Of a DNA stretch of 64,000 nucleotides, positions 61,393 to 64,000 are shown one piece after another. The translations under genes and the position numbers were made by a program. Location of the stretch: assembly GCA_000002445.1 (NCBI GenBank), contig CH464491.1, positions 1,760,001 through 1,824,000 on the forward strand. The letters are read 5' to 3'. How positions within the stretch are numbered: the first letter of the stretch is position 1; every line of letters starts with the position of its first letter. This DNA is from Trypanosoma brucei (lineage: Eukaryota). The notes beneath the pieces are model-generated. The model did not search any database and had not been told where the DNA came from. It worked only from the letters and a program-made list of their open reading frames with translations.

Positions 61393-63354
61393 CAGAAGGG
61401 ACTACAGCCGGAATGGACGGAGTGGAGCAGAAAGTTGGAAGCCTAAAGACGCACTCAGTGCTGTCAACGATTAAAATAGACACCCACCATTGCAGAGGGG
61501 AAATAACGAAAAAAAATACGAAAAGAAAAAAGCAACTAAAATAACTCCAAGCGACAAATCAGCCGTTTATACCTAATGGCTGACGGTCGCGCACCGCATC
61601 TCAACCAACATACCACCTCCAGTATAAAAATAACCCAAGGTAACGGAAAAGCAACAGAAACTGCCATGCCGCTGTTCGATTCTCAATGTATACCAAAGAA
61701 GGGGGAAAAAACGTCACACGCGAAATGTCGTTATGTAAGATGGCATGGAAACGAGATTAAGAAATAAACTGCCGCACATCACGGATCAAATATGTCACCT
61801 TAATCGTTACGTGCAAATGCGGTCCTTCCTAACCCTCACCGCCCACCAGCGATCGGCGCGCCCGCCCCACAGTTAATGCAACTCTTTAGGGAACAAACCG
61901 CTTTCACGTGGGGAGGCGGCGTCATGTGACCCCCGTATTTCACACTCTCGACATTAGAGTGCGATATAATTCAACATTTTTACTGCTCATAGAAAACAGC
62001 TCCCCCGCAATCGGTACGAGTTATCCGATATTTAAATCTCTGACATTTTCGTAGATACGGCAGACTACATGGTATGCTCAACTGAAGCATCTGACCTCCA
62101 ATACTGTTTCCTAAAGAGTAAAACTAAAAATGCGGGAGAGTAGAGAATAAGACTGGGAAAAGTTGAGCGCGATATGGCACACCAAGGAAAACGCAGACCC
62201 ATACAGGTACTCTCACACATATCTCCACAACGGAAATAACAAAATGGAGTAAGCGTAACAACACGGCAGTCGAGAATCGAACAACGGTGCTGACAGATTA
62301 ACAATGAGGACGGAAATGAAGGTAGTTGTGAAGACACATGGTCGCGCATCGAACAAATGAGTGAATAGAGTAAACGGCTGACCGGCGCTCGTCACAGATA
62401 TACAAAACTACCTGTGGTTCCCCTACTATAGGAGGGAATTTTAAAAAGAAAAAGAATGGGAGACTAGGGACAAATGTACAACAACGGAAAATCTCGTCTC
62501 ACTTTGGGGTGGTGAGTGTTAGACTCGCATCATAATGTCTCGATGAGGTGGAGCTAGTAACAGGAAAAAAGACAGAAGAGGTTATACGAAGAAATCATGC
62601 ACATACATATATTTATTTACTTGAACAGATAAGTAAAGGGGAAATGGAGAAGTTATGCCTCTTTGCGTCAAATTACAACACCAGGAGCGTCGGCCAATCT
62701 CGTTATTTCCCACAACCAAACGACTCAGGAGCACCAAACAAAGTAGTAAGGGGAGAGTTCAGAAAAATAAAAAGGAAAGGAAAAATATTAATAACAAGCC
62801 TCCACCGTTATGGATTTATTTCATAATATATCCCCAAGGGGCGAAGGAAAAAAAACGCTACCACACAAACCCTTCGGCACATTCATCAATAATATTCGCG
62901 ATAATAAAACTAGAAAGAAATAAAGATATGAACTTACAATAGTGAAGGGAAAACAAAGTACGATAGAAAGTATTGAATAAGCTTGGCTTTTGAAAGACAT
63001 CCCCATTTCACCACCCTCAAGAAGGAGGGATAATGAGACTATGAGCTCAACATTATCGATACCCTTTCTTCCTCGACTGTAATATGCAGAGCAGTCCTGG
63101 TGGCCCCTAGCCGAATAAAGCAATATGGCGATTCTAAAGCACCGTCAGAGTAATTCCTCTTCATATTGTTGTTGTCACTTCCACATCATAGTGCTGCGCA
63201 CGCCCTCACATCCGTTACAAAACACACACACACATTTTGTCGCGGCACAGGGTCCACTCACTCCATCCATAAACATTCTTTGCGTTGCAAGTTGATTTTA
63301 TGCTCATCCCTGCTAACAGTGTTAATATTCCTTCGAGAGATAGCCAAAACATCA

Positions 63355-64000
63355 TCACTCAGTCCCCCTGCGGTCCCTTGAGCCATAAGGTGCAGCACTC
63401 GTCTCCGCTGGCAACTCAAGCCGTATGGAATTGATATCATTTGCACCCTCCGGCTTTTTAGGGAGGGACTCGGCTGCAACCCGGCGGCCTTCCAGTGCCG
63501 ATCGAACCAACTTGAGGTATTCGCAGTGCACGTATGTATTTGTTCCAAATGCAGTCAAGTTGAGACCGAGCATAACGAGAAGTGGCATTTGAACACACAC
63601 ACGCTCCAAGCAAACCTCCACCCCGAGTTTGTTAGCTTCATACGTATACCACTCCCCGTACAAGAGACGGTTGTACAGTATGGTGGAGCAGGCCGTGGCG
63701 ACGAAACAGTAGTTGTAGTGTAACCCCAAATCCTTGGCGTAAATTGTGTTCACAACAAGGATAGTCACCGAGGCAATGATGCCATTTCCAATGGCACCCA
63801 CAACAAACGCAAACGGTAATACGTATTCATTGGACACGGTGAGAAAGAGAACAAGCATGATGGTGATAGCGGCTGTTGGTATGAAGAGTGTGACTGTGAT
63901 GGGAATACGATCCTCCGCCTTGCGCTTCTGTGACCATATCTCAAGGTAGCTCATAATGAGACGGCCCGCGGCGCTTCCCGTACCGTTCAGCACAGTTAGT
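63355..64000 (-). CDS. C-terminal part of a polytopic membrane, transporter-like protein. It is truncated; the ORF is open to the window end.
   Basis: The track start at 63993 is GTG, which is simply the first start-like codon in an open frame. It has several hydrophobic helices (ITVTLFIPTAAITIMLVLFLTV, LPFAFVVGAIGNGIIASVTILVV, MPLLVMLGLNLTAFG) and a hydrophilic C-tail. Confidence 0.5.
   Translation of the reverse strand, partial: LTVLNGTGSAAGRLIMSYLEIWSQKRKAEDRIPITVTLFIPTAAITIMLVLFLTVSNEYVLPFAFVVGAIGNGIIASVTILVVNTIYAKDLGLHYNYCFVATACSTILYNRLLYGEWYTYEANKLGVEVCLERVCVQMPLLVMLGLNLTAFGTNTYVHCEYLKLVRSALEGRRVAAESLPKKPEGANDINSIRLELPAETSAAPYGSRDRRGTE

Noticed and set aside
1-64000. CRISPR arrays, a prokaryotic defence island or operon, and retroelements of the ingi/RIME/SLACS or VIPER type
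   Set aside because: There are no direct repeat-spacer arrays and no ORFs with reverse-transcriptase, endonuclease, Cas or restriction-modification motifs. The only large direct repeat is the S21e gene duplication. The gene content and architecture are eukaryotic kinetoplastid, so a bacterial-style system is not expected.

Overview
The window looks like a trypanosomatid nuclear chromosome segment, most likely Trypanosoma brucei chromosome 11 by my reading; a BLAST search would confirm that. All convincing protein-coding ORFs lie on the minus strand, consistent with one unidirectional polycistronic transcription unit running from high to low coordinates with no strand-switch region. I count about 24 genes. 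Intergenic spacers are strand-asymmetric low-complexity sequence rich in (TA)n, (CA)n/(GT)n, (CT)n and homopolymer runs. Plus-strand ORFs in the track are antisense artefacts. The ORF track also uses GTG and TTG as starts; for a eukaryote I moved six gene starts to the first in-frame ATG. Products I can recognise from sequence are: an ATAD2/Yta7-like AAA+ ATPase with a C-terminal bromodomain, RLP24, an RNI-type LRR protein, a START-domain protein, a kinesin, a UPF2-like protein with a polyacidic tract, a PDS5-like HEAT-repeat protein, a SERINC-family membrane protein, a protein of eight tandem degenerate EF-hand-like modules, an FHA-domain protein, a double-CHCH (four Cx9C) protein, a tandem pair of 40S ribosomal protein S21e genes, an MIT-like protein, a clostripain-family (C11) cysteine peptidase resembling PNT1, a PUB-domain protein truncated at the left edge and a polytopic membrane protein truncated at the right edge. 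I found no CRISPR array, no prokaryote-style defence island, no convincing tRNA or rRNA and no retroelement ORFs. The things most worth a second look are the EF-hand-like repeat protein, the PNT1-like peptidase, a 3.9-kb low-complexity strand-asymmetric spacer (32958-36846), the gene-conversion-shaped S21e duplication and several start-codon ambiguities.
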